Positions 28,222 through 37,506 of a stretch of 45,248 nucleotides of DNA are shown in pieces. The stretch is from Gemmatimonadota bacterium. GTDB lineage: Bacteria; Gemmatimonadota; Gemmatimonadetes; Longimicrobiales; RSA9. Both the position numbers and the translations under genes were made by a program. How positions within the stretch are numbered: position 1 is the first letter of the stretch; each line of letters begins with the position of its first letter. The stretch spans positions 1 through 45,248 of the forward strand of contig JBBDRO010000036.1 in assembly GCA_040905425.1 (NCBI GenBank), in the 5' to 3' direction. The notes beneath the pieces were generated by a model. It saw only the letters and a program-made list of their open reading frames with translations. It was not told the DNA's origin and ran no database searches.

Positions 28222-29019
28222 TCACCGCTGCGGCTCGAAGGTGAAGCGCACCCAGAGACGCGCATTCACGAACTCCGCCGGCAGCGGGCCGAACTCCTCG
28301 TTGCGGGCGGCCATGTTCACCGCCTGCACCGCGGCCAGGTCGAAGCGCGGATTGCCCGAGCGGCGCATGATATCCACGTTGGTCACCGAGCCGTCCCGCT
28401 CGATGGCGAACACCAGCGTCACCTTGAGATCGGGCGAGCCATCCCAGCGAATGTAGCGGTGCAGCTGGATGATGATATTGTCCGTGTACCAGGGAAAGTC
28501 GAACTCCTGGCCGTCCTGGACCACCTCCAGATCCTCCCCACCCGTAGATTCCGGGTCGGGGCGCGCACCCGTGGACTGTTCGGGTTCCTTCTTCTCCTCG
28601 TCCGGCGGCGGCGGGGGCGTGGCGGCCGCGCGCGCCGGTTCCGGATCCGGCTTGGGCTCCGGCGGCTTCTCCTCCACCGGCTGCGGCGGCTCCGGCATCA
28701 CCGGCTCGGTGTTCAGATCCACCGGGATGACCGCCTCCTCCTCGGGGGGCGGTGTGGGCTCGCCGAGCGCCACCGGCGGCGGAGAGACAATGTGCACGCG
28801 CATGGTCTCGAATTCGAGCATGTCCTCGGCCAGTAGCCCGCCGGAAAGGACCACGCCCGCCAGCAGCGCCGCATGGAGGAGGATCGAAGCCAGCATGGAG
28901 CGCGCGCCGGGCCGGCCCGCGCCGTGGTGCAGCGCCTGGGCCAGACGCACGCCCGTGGAGCGCTCGTCACCGGGCGCCGGACCGGCGTCCTCGTCCCAAC
29001 CGTCGGGCCGCTCAGTCAT
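28222..29019 (-). CDS. TolA/TonB-family energy transducer
   Basis: TM helix with SxxxH (SILLHAALL), Pro-rich linker, TonB_C-like FAIERDG..SGNPRFDLAA..FGPLP; position suggests TolA role. Confidence 0.85.
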   Translation of the reverse strand: MTERPDGWDEDAGPAPGDERSTGVRLAQALHHGAGRPGARSMLASILLHAALLAGVVLSGGLLAEDMLEFETMRVHIVSPPPVALGEPTPPPEEEAVIPVDLNTEPVMPEPPQPVEEKPPEPKPDPEPARAAATPPPPPDEEKKEPEQSTGARPDPESTGGEDLEVVQDGQEFDFPWYTDNIIIQLHRYIRWDGSPDLKVTLVFAIERDGSVTNVDIMRRSGNPRFDLAAVQAVNMAARNEEFGPLPAEFVNARLWVRFTFEPQR

Positions 29020-29038
29020 GCCTCCCCCTTGCTTCGGC

Positions 29039-29464
29039 TCACCGGTTCGTTTCCTCCGGTTCGAGGACCAGGCTCAGATCCGTCACACCCATGCCACTGA
29101 TGATGGCCAGCACCTGCACCACCACGCCGTAGGATACGGCCGCGTCCGCGCGCACATAGGTGGTGCGCTGCTCGGCGTCCAGCCAACTGCCGAAGACGCC
29201 CCGGAACTCCTCCAGGCCACCCATTTCGGCCTCACCCACGAAGATGGTGCCGTCCCGGGCAATGGAGACCATGACGCCCTCCTCGTCGGTGAGCGGCGCC
29301 GCCTCGGCGTTCGGCAGGTCCAGCTCGATGCCTCCCTGCAGGATAGGCGCCGTGATCATGAAGATGATCAGCAGCACGAACGCCACGTCCACCAGATTGG
29401 TGATCTGGATCTCCGCGTTGACCGGCAGTCCGCGCCGCCGGGCGCGCCTCAGGGAGCGCTGCAT
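29039..29464 (-). CDS. tolR: TolR/ExbD biopolymer transporter
   Basis: ITNLVDVAFVLLIIFMITAP, VRADAAVSYG. Confidence 0.92.
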   Translation of the reverse strand: MQRSLRRARRRGLPVNAEIQITNLVDVAFVLLIIFMITAPILQGGIELDLPNAEAAPLTDEEGVMVSIARDGTIFVGEAEMGGLEEFRGVFGSWLDAEQRTTYVRADAAVSYGVVVQVLAIISGMGVTDLSLVLEPEETNR

Positions 29465-29569
29465 CAGATCCGCCCTTCCCGCGCCAGGGTGCCGGCGAAC
29501 TCACTCGCGAAGCGCTGCATCAGATCCGTCCTTCCCGCGCCAGGGTGCCGATGAACTCGCTCGCGAAGC
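29455..29569. repeat. 56-bp tandem duplication spanning the tolQ end and tolR start
   Basis: agcgctgcatcagatccg.ccttcccgcgccagggtgccg..gaactc.ctcgcga occurs at 29455 and 29511; 4 mismatches. Confidence 0.95.
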
Positions 29570-30203
29570 CCTCCATCTCACCGGCGAACCGGTCCAGGCG
29601 ACTCGCGAAGTAGTTGTACCCGATGGCGGCCGGGATGGCCGCCACCAGCCCGAAGGCCGTGGTGATGAGCGCCTCCGCGATGCCGGGCGCCACCGACGCG
29701 ATGTTGGCGCTGCCCCCCGCCACGATGCCCTGGAAGGCCACCATCACGCCGATCACCGTCCCCAGCAGACCCAGCAGGGGCGCGGTGACGGAGATGATCG
29801 CCAGCCACACCATGCCGCCCGACAGCCCGTCCCGCTCCTCGTCCTGCACCTTCTCCAGCACCAGCCAGAGCGCGTGCAACTGGGTTTCGGAGAGCGGCGC
29901 CGCATCCGCCGCATCCTCGCGCAGCGCGCCGGGGCGCAGTTCGCTGAAGAAGTTGGCGCCGTTGCGGAAGACGCGCGTGTACGGCGTTTCCGGCAGCCGC
30001 ATCACCGTCTTGTACGCGTCTTCCAGCCGTTGGGTCCGCTCCAGCGCCGTCGCGAAGCGGAAGCCGTCCCCCTGCAGGCGCCGGAACTGGTAGATCTTCC
30101 AGAAGATGATGACCCAGCTGGCGAGCGAGAAGAGGGCCACCACCAGGATCACGGCCTGGGTGGAGGGCGAGGCGTCCGCCACCATCTGCAGGGTGCCGCC
30201 CAT
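29520..30203 (-). CDS. tolQ: TolQ/ExbB proton channel
   Basis: APLLGLLGTVIGVM, VAPGIAEALITTAFGLVAAIPA; start approximate. Confidence 0.93.
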   Translation of the reverse strand: MGGTLQMVADASPSTQAVILVVALFSLASWVIIFWKIYQFRRLQGDGFRFATALERTQRLEDAYKTVMRLPETPYTRVFRNGANFFSELRPGALREDAADAAPLSETQLHALWLVLEKVQDEERDGLSGGMVWLAIISVTAPLLGLLGTVIGVMVAFQGIVAGGSANIASVAPGIAEALITTAFGLVAAIPAAIGYNYFASRLDRFAGEMEGFASEFIGTLAREGRI

Positions 30204-30234
30204 GCCCCCGGTCTGTATTGCCAGTATCAACGCG

Positions 30235-31224
30235 CTACCTCCGAGCCCCGTCAGATGAAAGTGCGCCGGAAGGGACCGTCCCCCCGGCCACGATGTGGTC
30301 GTACGTGCGGCGCAGGCCGGCGGCCAGCGTGGTGCCGGGACGCCACCCCAGCTGCGCCGCTCGGGAGGTATCCAGCGCCGAATGGCGCAGCTCGCCCGGG
30401 CGTTCGGATGCGTCCTCCACCCCCACGCGGCGTCCGGCCGCTTCCATGAGCAAGGCGCCCAGCGCGTGCACGCTCGTGCCCACCCCGGTGCCGATGTTGA
30501 AGGCGCGCGCGTCCAGGCCGTCCGGCGGGGGCAGCGGTGCGCCGGCCAGGATGACGTTGGCCGCCGCCACATCCTCCACATACACGTAATCCCGCGTCTG
30601 CTCCCCGTCACCAAACACGGTGAGCGGATCGCCGGCGGCAATACGCTGACTGAAGATGGCCACCACGCCGGCCTCGCCGTGCGGGTCCTGGCGCGGACCA
30701 TATACGTTGGCGTAGCGCAGCGCCACGTAGTCCAGGCCGTGGATGCGCGCGTAGGCGTGCAGGTAATACTCCGCCGTGAGCTTGGTCACGCCGTAGGGGG
30801 AGAGCGGCAGCTTGGGCGCATCCTCGGGCGTGGGGCGCCGCTCGGGCTCACCGTACACCACGCCACCCGAGGACACGAAGATGAAGCGGCCCACGCCGTG
30901 GCACCGGGCGGCCTCCAGGACGTTCAGGAAGCCGTCCACGTTGCTGCGCGCGTCGCGGCGGGGATCGGCCACCGAGACGCGCACGTCGATCTGCGCGGCA
31001 TGGTGGCTCACCACGTCGAAGCCGCCCACCTCCGCGCAGAGCGCGTCCACCGCCGGAGCGCCGATGTCCATCTCCCGGAAGTCCGCGCCGGCCGGCACGT
31101 TGGCCCGCCGGCCCGTGGAGAGGTCATCGATGATCCAGACGCGATCACCGAGCGCCAGGAAGGCGTCCGCCACGTGGCTGCCGATGAACCCGGCACCGCC
31201 CGTGACGAGGACGCGCCGGCTCAC
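30235..31224 (-). CDS. NAD-dependent epimerase/dehydratase (GalE-like)
   Basis: VLVTGGAGFIGSH, SPYGVTK (YxxxK), LRYANVYGPRQ, GDGEQTRDYVYVEDVA. Confidence 0.93.
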   Translation of the reverse strand: MSRRVLVTGGAGFIGSHVADAFLALGDRVWIIDDLSTGRRANVPAGADFREMDIGAPAVDALCAEVGGFDVVSHHAAQIDVRVSVADPRRDARSNVDGFLNVLEAARCHGVGRFIFVSSGGVVYGEPERRPTPEDAPKLPLSPYGVTKLTAEYYLHAYARIHGLDYVALRYANVYGPRQDPHGEAGVVAIFSQRIAAGDPLTVFGDGEQTRDYVYVEDVAAANVILAGAPLPPPDGLDARAFNIGTGVGTSVHALGALLMEAAGRRVGVEDASERPGELRHSALDTSRAAQLGWRPGTTLAAGLRRTYDHIVAGGTVPSGALSSDGARR

Positions 31225-32630
31225 GCGGCCCCCTGCGAGCCCTGCTCACCGCCATCCGAGGCCAGCCGGTCGGGCGCGGCCGCAGCGGGGCCGGACGGGT
31301 CACGCTCCCCTCCCCCGGCGGCAGGAGGATGCGGGGCGTCGTCGCTTACTTGATCCTCATCGGGCAGATCGAAGAGGTAGCGCGCCGCCTCCAGCACGTC
31401 CGCGTCCGGCTGCTCGCCGACAGCCTCCTTCAGGCGCGCCGTGGGGGCGTGCAGCACCTTGTTCATGAGCTGCCGCGTGAGGACCTCCACCCGGGCACGA
31501 TCCTCCTCGGGGAGATGGGCCAGCGCACGGAGCGCCCGCTCGGTCTCCGCGCGGCGGATGTCCTCGGCCTGCGTGCGCAGCGCCCGGATGACGGGCACGG
31601 CGCTGCGCGAGCGGTACCAGCGCCAGAAATCGTCCCGGCCATCCGCAATGATACGCTCGGCCACGGCCACCTCGGAACGCCGCTTCTCGAGCGTGCCCTC
31701 CACCACCTGCTGCATATCGTCGATGTCGTAAAGGAAAACGTTCGGAATGGCACCCACCGTGGGCTCCACGTCCCGGGGCAGGGCAATGTCCACGATGAGG
31801 AGCGGCTTGCGCGGGCCGTCCGGGTGGACCTCCTCCAGCATGGCGCGCGTCAGCACATGATGGGGCGCCGAGGTGGCGGTGGCCACGATCTCCGCCTGCG
31901 CCAGCAGCGCGGGCAGTTCCTCCACGGAGGCCGAGCGGCCGCCGAAACGGGCGGCCAGCTCCCGCGCCCGCGCCTCGGTCCGATTGGCCACCACCAGACT
32001 GGCGATCCCCTCGGCGGCCAGGCACTCCAGGGCCAGGGCGCTCATCTCACCGGCGCCGATGACCACGGCGTGCCGCCCCCGCAGGGAGCCGAAGATCTTC
32101 CGCGCGAGCGCCACCGCGGCGGAAGGAATGGAGGCGGCGCCCTTGCCCAGCGCCGTGTCGTGCCGCACGCGGCCGCCCACCCCCAGGCTGGATTCGAAGA
32201 GGCGCGCCAGCACCGGCCCAACCGGCCGCGGATCGGCGTGCACGGCCAACTCGTAGGCGGCCTTCACCTGGCCCTGGATCTGGGCCTCACCCAGGATCAT
32301 GGAATCCAGACTGGAGACCACCCGGAAGAGGTGCTCCACGGCGTCCCGGCCCTGCCGGGTGTAGAAGAAGCCGGCATCCAGCGCGCCGAGCAGACCCGCC
32401 TGCTCGGTGAGGAAGCGTGCCCCGAACGGCGTGGGCTCCGCCAGCACGCGCTCCGTCTCCAGGTACAGCTCGGTACGGTTGCACGTGGACACCACCACCG
32501 CCTCGCGGGCATGCCCGGCGTCGGTCAGCGCGCGCAGCGCCGCCAGGCTCCGCTCGGGGCTCATGGCCAGCGCCTCACGCACCTCCAGGGGCGCCGTGTG
32601 GTGGCTGATCCCGACCACCGTTATGGGCAC
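31221..32630 (-). CDS. hemA: Glutamyl-tRNA reductase
   Basis: STCNRTELY, HLFRVVSSLDSMILGEAQIQGQVK, IGAGEM, DIALPRDVE. Confidence 0.97.
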   Translation of the reverse strand: MPITVVGISHHTAPLEVREALAMSPERSLAALRALTDAGHAREAVVVSTCNRTELYLETERVLAEPTPFGARFLTEQAGLLGALDAGFFYTRQGRDAVEHLFRVVSSLDSMILGEAQIQGQVKAAYELAVHADPRPVGPVLARLFESSLGVGGRVRHDTALGKGAASIPSAAVALARKIFGSLRGRHAVVIGAGEMSALALECLAAEGIASLVVANRTEARARELAARFGGRSASVEELPALLAQAEIVATATSAPHHVLTRAMLEEVHPDGPRKPLLIVDIALPRDVEPTVGAIPNVFLYDIDDMQQVVEGTLEKRRSEVAVAERIIADGRDDFWRWYRSRSAVPVIRALRTQAEDIRRAETERALRALAHLPEEDRARVEVLTRQLMNKVLHAPTARLKEAVGEQPDADVLEAARYLFDLPDEDQVSDDAPHPPAAGGGERDPSGPAAAAPDRLASDGGEQGSQGAA

Positions 32631-32643
32631 CGCAACGCCCCCC

Positions 32644-33459
32644 TCACAGGAAGGTGCTGCCGGTGCCCATGGTGAGGCGCACCACCAGGTACGCCAGGAC
32701 CACGAGCACGAAACCGATGACGCTGGCCAGTGCGCCGCGCCGATCGCTGCCGGCCCCGCCGCGCCGAGCCATCAGGACGCCCACGAAGACGAACCAGGTG
32801 GCCACGGCCCACACCACCTTGGGCTCGCTGATGACGGCCACCTCCCGGAAGCGGAGGGTCCAGCCGGCGCCCAGGAGGATGGCGGCGGTGAGCGCCGGAA
32901 AACCGATCACCAGCGCGCGCCGACCCACGCCGTCCAGCGTGCTGAGCGGCGGGAAATAGCGGAAGGCGCGGCCGAAGTGTTTGTCCCGCAGCTGGCGGAA
33001 CTGGAGCACGTAGAGGAGCCCCGCGGCGGAGGCCACGGCCAGGCCGGCGTACCCCACGAAGGCCAGCACCACGTGCAGGCTGAACCAGGGCGCCTGGAAC
33101 GCCGGTGCGTCCCCGCTCGGCGCCACGCCCACCACCAGCCCAGCCGCCAGCAGCACCGCGATGAGCGGGGCGAGCACGAGCGCCAGGGGACGGGCCTGCG
33201 CCACCAGCAGCGCCGCCACCAGGAAGACACCGATGAGGAACGCGAAGGTGGCCAGCGATGGACCGAGTCCCACCAGCGGCGGCTCGTTCCACTGCAGCGT
33301 GAAGGCGGCCAGGCCGGCCGCGTGCGCGGCCAGACCCGCCACCACTACCAGCAGCGGCCCCCGCGGCGCCGCGGCACGCCCCCCGGCGAACGACGCGGCG
33401 AGCAGCCCGGCGGCCGCCAGGTAGAGCGTCAGCGCCGCGGCCAGCAGCAGCAGGGTCAC
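32644..33459 (-). CDS. ccsA: Cytochrome c assembly protein CcsA/HemX-like
   Basis: Multi-TM protein, WFSLHV, PPLSTLD, EPKVVW; SD GGAGG before GTG 33459; typical position before hemA. Confidence 0.8.
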   Translation of the reverse strand: MTLLLLAAALTLYLAAAGLLAASFAGGRAAAPRGPLLVVVAGLAAHAAGLAAFTLQWNEPPLVGLGPSLATFAFLIGVFLVAALLVAQARPLALVLAPLIAVLLAAGLVVGVAPSGDAPAFQAPWFSLHVVLAFVGYAGLAVASAAGLLYVLQFRQLRDKHFGRAFRYFPPLSTLDGVGRRALVIGFPALTAAILLGAGWTLRFREVAVISEPKVVWAVATWFVFVGVLMARRGGAGSDRRGALASVIGFVLVVLAYLVVRLTMGTGSTFL

Positions 33460-33479
33460 CCCGCACCTCCCCCATGTGG

Positions 33480-33505
33480 ACACGGGCGCCAGCCGGCGCC
33501 CGTGT
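33480..33505. terminator. Hairpin between the LysM gene and ccsA
   Basis: Perfect 11-bp stem acacgggcgcc / ggcgcccgtgt, loop agcc; no U-tract. Confidence 0.45.
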
Positions 33506-33544
33506 ACCGAAGTTCCATCCCGCCCGGCCGTGGCCGCTCCGGAG

Positions 33545-34642
33545 TCACTGCATCCTGCGGATGAGCCGCACCGGCAGGCCTCCCCTGAGCGCCGTGCTCG
33601 TGAGGCCCGTGACGAGCACCGTGGCGCTCGTGCGCTCCACCCGGATCACGCGCAGATGCGCCACGGGCTGGGGCGGCACCTCACCGTCCCCGGCGGCGAA
33701 GGCCTCGAACTCATCGCCCAGAGATACCCCGCGATCGGCACCCATATCGATGAAACCGTGGTGCAGCACCGAATTGAGTGGCCGATCCCGGGCAAAATCC
33801 AGGATGGCACCCGTGGGTCCGTTCGCGATCGCCCGGGGCTGCCCCCGCGGCATGGCGGGCCGCGGGGTGTCCACCAGCACGAGGTCACCCACGCGGGCAT
33901 CGGCGTACTGGTGCCGCACCCGTGCACGCACCACCGGACCCGCCACGGTATCCACGATCAGCACGGCCATGGGGAAGACCTTGTGACCCCAGCCGTCCAC
34001 ATCGCCCTCGAGGCGCACCGCCAGCAGGGTGTCCCCCACGACGTGTGAACCTGCGCGCAGCTGCCCCACCAGGACCTGATCGAAGGGGTGAAGTGTGGAG
34101 GCCAGCCTTTCCTCCGACTCGGACGGATCCGCCAGACGAACGATGCGGCCGGCCCAGGCCAGCTGCGCCGTGTCGGCGAGCCAGGGGGCGCTGGCATACT
34201 CACCCGGACGGACCGCCCAGGGTAGCGTCATCTCGTCCTGGGGCGCCGCCACGGTATCCGCGGGCGGGGGCGCGGGCGGCTCCGGCGGCGGTTCCACCTC
34301 AACCGGCAACTGCCCCACGGGCGTTCCCACCGGCCCCCGTTCGTCCGGCTTGGTCACCGGAATGAGCAGACGCTGCTGCGGCAGGATGAGATCCGGATCG
34401 GTCAGCAGCCCGCGATTCACGTCGAAGAGCAGGGGCCACAGAAACGGGTCCCGCAGGTATGCCCGGGCCAGTTCCCAGAGCGTGTCACCGGGACGCACCA
34501 CGTGCTCCCGCTGCTGGGTGGGGGGGGGAATGGTGTCCTGCGCGCCCACCGGTACGGCCAGCAGCAGGCTGGCCGCCACGAGGACGGCGGGGAGGAGCGC
34601 CGGGGAGATGGAGCGGGCCGGTGTGACTTTCGGCGTACTCAA
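33545..34642 (-). CDS. Secreted LysM peptidoglycan-binding protein (TsaP-like architecture)
   Basis: SD AGGAG with TTG start, signal peptide, HVVRPGDTLWELA...WPLLFDVN...PDLILP LysM, C-terminal FIDMGADRGVSLGDEF beta domain. Confidence 0.82.
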   Translation of the reverse strand: MSTPKVTPARSISPALLPAVLVAASLLLAVPVGAQDTIPPPTQQREHVVRPGDTLWELARAYLRDPFLWPLLFDVNRGLLTDPDLILPQQRLLIPVTKPDERGPVGTPVGQLPVEVEPPPEPPAPPPADTVAAPQDEMTLPWAVRPGEYASAPWLADTAQLAWAGRIVRLADPSESEERLASTLHPFDQVLVGQLRAGSHVVGDTLLAVRLEGDVDGWGHKVFPMAVLIVDTVAGPVVRARVRHQYADARVGDLVLVDTPRPAMPRGQPRAIANGPTGAILDFARDRPLNSVLHHGFIDMGADRGVSLGDEFEAFAAGDGEVPPQPVAHLRVIRVERTSATVLVTGLTSTALRGGLPVRLIRRMQ

Positions 34643-34820
34643 AAGCGGCTCTCCTGCCTGGGGTGTCCGCGATCCCGGCCCGTGGCCGGGGCCCGTGATG
34701 CTTCCAACCGCCGCAGCGGCGGCGGGGGCGGCGCATCGTCGCCACCAGAAGTGTCAGCGGGATGGTTTAAAGGTAACGATCGGCGCCCCTCCACGTCCAG
34801 CACGCGCGCGCGAGAAGGCT

Positions 34821-35795
34821 TCATCCCGCCTGGCGGGCGAACTCGCGCGCCCAGTACGTGAGGATCATGTCCGCCCCCGCCCGCCGTATGGAGGTCAGCG
34901 CCTCCGTCATGGCGCGGTCCAGGTCCAGCCAGCCGAGCCGAGCCGCGGCATGCAGCGCGGCGAACTCCCCGGAAACGTGATAGGCGCACACCGGGTAGCC
35001 GGTGGCCTCCTTGACCCGCCAGATAATGTCCAGGTAGGCCAGGGCGGGCTTCACCATGAGGATGTCCGCGCCCTCGTGCACGTCCAGCATCACCTCCCGC
35101 AGCGCCTCGTCCCCGTTGGCCGGATCCATCTGGTAACCCTGCCGATCCCCGAACTGTGGCGCGCTCTCCGCCACGTCCCGGAAGGGGCCGTAGAAGGCCG
35201 AAGCGTACTTGGCGGCGTAGGACATGATGGGCACCTGCTCGAAGCCGGCCCCGTCGAGCGCGCCCCGAATGGCCGCCACGCGGCCGTCCATCATGTCACT
35301 CGGGGCCACCAGGTCCGCGCCGGCACGGGCGTGGCTGACGGCCTGCTCGGCCAGCAGTTCCAGGGTGGGGTCGTTGGCCACCTGGCCGTCCTCGAGCACC
35401 CCGCAGTGCCCATGAGAGGTATACTCGCACATGCACACATCCGTCATCACCGCCAGCTCCGGCAGCTCCCGCTTGAGCGCCCGCACCGCGTCCTGGACGG
35501 GGCCGTGCTCCTCGGCGCCGCTGCTGCCGATCTCGTCCTTGTGGTCGGGGATGCCGAAGAGCAGCACGGCGGGGATGCCCAGGCCGGCCGCCTCGCGGGC
35601 ATCGGCCACCAGTTCGTCCACGGAGGTCTGGCTGACGCCCGGCATGGAGGCTACGGGCCGGCGCACGCCTTCCCCGGGAACCGCAAAGAGCGGCAGGATG
35701 AGATCGTCGGGCGTCACGCGCGTCTCCCGCACCAGGCGGCGGAGCGTGGCCGTGCGCCGCAGGCGACGGGCGCGATATACCGGAAAATGGGACAT
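34821..35795 (-). CDS. hemB: Porphobilinogen synthase
   Basis: [48 protein letters not shown] before ATG 35795. Confidence 0.97.
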   Translation of the reverse strand: MSHFPVYRARRLRRTATLRRLVRETRVTPDDLILPLFAVPGEGVRRPVASMPGVSQTSVDELVADAREAAGLGIPAVLLFGIPDHKDEIGSSGAEEHGPVQDAVRALKRELPELAVMTDVCMCEYTSHGHCGVLEDGQVANDPTLELLAEQAVSHARAGADLVAPSDMMDGRVAAIRGALDGAGFEQVPIMSYAAKYASAFYGPFRDVAESAPQFGDRQGYQMDPANGDEALREVMLDVHEGADILMVKPALAYLDIIWRVKEATGYPVCAYHVSGEFAALHAAARLGWLDLDRAMTEALTSIRRAGADMILTYWAREFARQAG

Positions 35796-35809
35796 TCTGG
35801 CTCTCCTTT

Positions 35810-36277
35810 TCAATCCGTGCCGGGCGGCGCCGCATCCAGCGCGCGCCGCATCACCAGCGCATCCTCCACGGGCCACCGATAGTACTGGCGGCGGCGGCCG
35901 ACCAGCTGGAAACCGAAGCGTTCATAAAGCTTCCGGGCGCCCAGATTGCTCGGGCGCACTTCCAGGAAGACCTCACCCACACCCATCTCCGCCGCCCGCT
36001 CCAGAACGGCTGTCAGGAGCCGCCCCGCCAGGCCGCGGCGCCGACACGTCTCGGCCACGGCCACGTTGCCCAGTTCGCCCTGCTCGCCCACGGCCCAGAA
36101 GACGGCGTAGCCCACCACCTCCGCGCCGCGTGCGGCCACCAGGGCCAGCGCGTCGCCGCGCTCCAGCAGCGCCCTGAAGGTAGCCGCCGACCAGGGCACC
36201 GCATAGGAGAACGCCTCGAGCTCCACCACCGCCTCAAGATCGGCCCCTTCCATGGGCCGGAGACGCACATCCTCCAT
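35810..36277 (-). CDS. rimI: Ribosomal protein N-acetyltransferase RimI
   Basis: GNAT motifs NVAV...[39 protein letters not shown] overlap with tsaB. Confidence 0.92.
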   Translation of the reverse strand: MEDVRLRPMEGADLEAVVELEAFSYAVPWSAATFRALLERGDALALVAARGAEVVGYAVFWAVGEQGELGNVAVAETCRRRGLAGRLLTAVLERAAEMGVGEVFLEVRPSNLGARKLYERFGFQLVGRRRQYYRWPVEDALVMRRALDAAPPGTD

Positions 36278-36990
36278 CAGCCCCGCACCCCCCGCTCCGC
36301 TCCGGACGGGCGCAGGTACTCCGGCTCCCAGGCGGCGGGATCGGCCACGCGCGACGCCGCCGGGTCCAGCGCCGTCAGTGCCAGCAGCGCCCGCGCGTCG
36401 GGATGGCGCTCCGGTCCGGGCCGGGCGCCCGCGGCGCGAAGCTCTTCCGCGTAGCGGGTGGCGCCCTGCCCCACCCAGCTGACGCCACCCGCCGCCAGGC
36501 GGCCCAGGACCACCTCCAGCCGGCCGAGCACCTCCGCCACAGGCGCAACGCAGGGCGCCAGGACCACCTCGGGTAGCCGGTCGCGCGCGAAGCGCCAGCA
36601 GCCGGCGTAGACCTGGCCCCGCCGGGCGTCCAGCAGCGCACACACGCTGCCCGCGGGGAGCGCCGGTCCCGGTGCGGCGGCCAGCGCCAGCAGGCTGGAG
36701 TGGACGTGCAGGGGAATGCCCAGCGCGCGCACCATCCCGCGCGCCGTGGCGGCGGCTATGCGCACGCCCGTGAAGGAGCCGGGACCGCCACCGAGCACCA
36801 CGCCCTGCAGGGCGCGCGGCTGGATCCCCGCCCGCGTGAGCAGGGCGTCGAGCGCGGGCAGCAGCGTCTCCGCGTGGCGGGCGTCCGCCGTCAGTTCAGC
36901 GTGGGCCAGCAGCTGCCCGCCGCGGCCCACCGCCACGCTGCCCACCGGGGTGGAGGTATCGAACGCCAGGCGCAGGTCAGCCATGCCCAC
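36277..36990 (-). CDS. tsaB: t6A biosynthesis protein TsaB
   Basis: LAFDTST, HAETLLP, GPGSFTGVRI, LDARRGQVY, EPEYLR. Confidence 0.95.
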   Translation of the reverse strand: MGMADLRLAFDTSTPVGSVAVGRGGQLLAHAELTADARHAETLLPALDALLTRAGIQPRALQGVVLGGGPGSFTGVRIAAATARGMVRALGIPLHVHSSLLALAAAPGPALPAGSVCALLDARRGQVYAGCWRFARDRLPEVVLAPCVAPVAEVLGRLEVVLGRLAAGGVSWVGQGATRYAEELRAAGARPGPERHPDARALLALTALDPAASRVADPAAWEPEYLRPSGAERGVRG

Positions 36991-37059
36991 CTGCCCGGCG
37001 ACGGGATGCCGGCGCGACCACTGACGCGCGGCCCGGATGCCGGCCTGGCGGCCGCGCTC

Positions 37060-37506
37060 TCAGCACGCCTCCGGCTCCGGCAGCGGCCCGGGCTTCCCCA
37101 CCGGGACGGCCACCACTTCCCGCAGCTCCGGGGCGTCGGGGGGGGTCACGAGCCGGATGTCCCAGCGGTCGGGAGGCAGCAGCGCCTCCGCCCGCTCCGG
37201 CCACTCCACCAGCACCACCTCGTCCGGCGCCGGCAGCTCGTTCCAGCCGAGCTCGCGCACCTCCTCGGGGCGCTCCAACCGGTAGAGATCCATGTGCACC
37301 ACGCTCAGCCCCGCCGCGGCGTCGTAGCGGAACACCAGGTTGAAGGTGGGTGAGGGGATGTGCCCCGCCACGCCGGCGCCCCGGGCCACGGCGCGCGCCA
37401 GCACGGACTTGCCCGCGCCCAGCTCCCCGCTGAGCGCCAGGAAGAGCGGCGGGGCGGCCGCGGCGCCGATGCGCGCGCCCCAGGCCTCCAACGCCGCCTG
37501 GCTCAG
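37060..37506 (-). CDS. tsaE: t6A biosynthesis ATPase TsaE (start codon unclear)
   Basis: [30 protein letters not shown]. Confidence 0.9.
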   Translation of the reverse strand: MSQAALEAWGARIGAAAAPPLFLALSGELGAGKSVLARAVARGAGVAGHIPSPTFNLVFRYDAAAGLSVVHMDLYRLERPEEVRELGWNELPAPDEVVLVEWPERAEALLPPDRWDIRLVTPPDAPELREVVAVPVGKPGPLPEPEAC

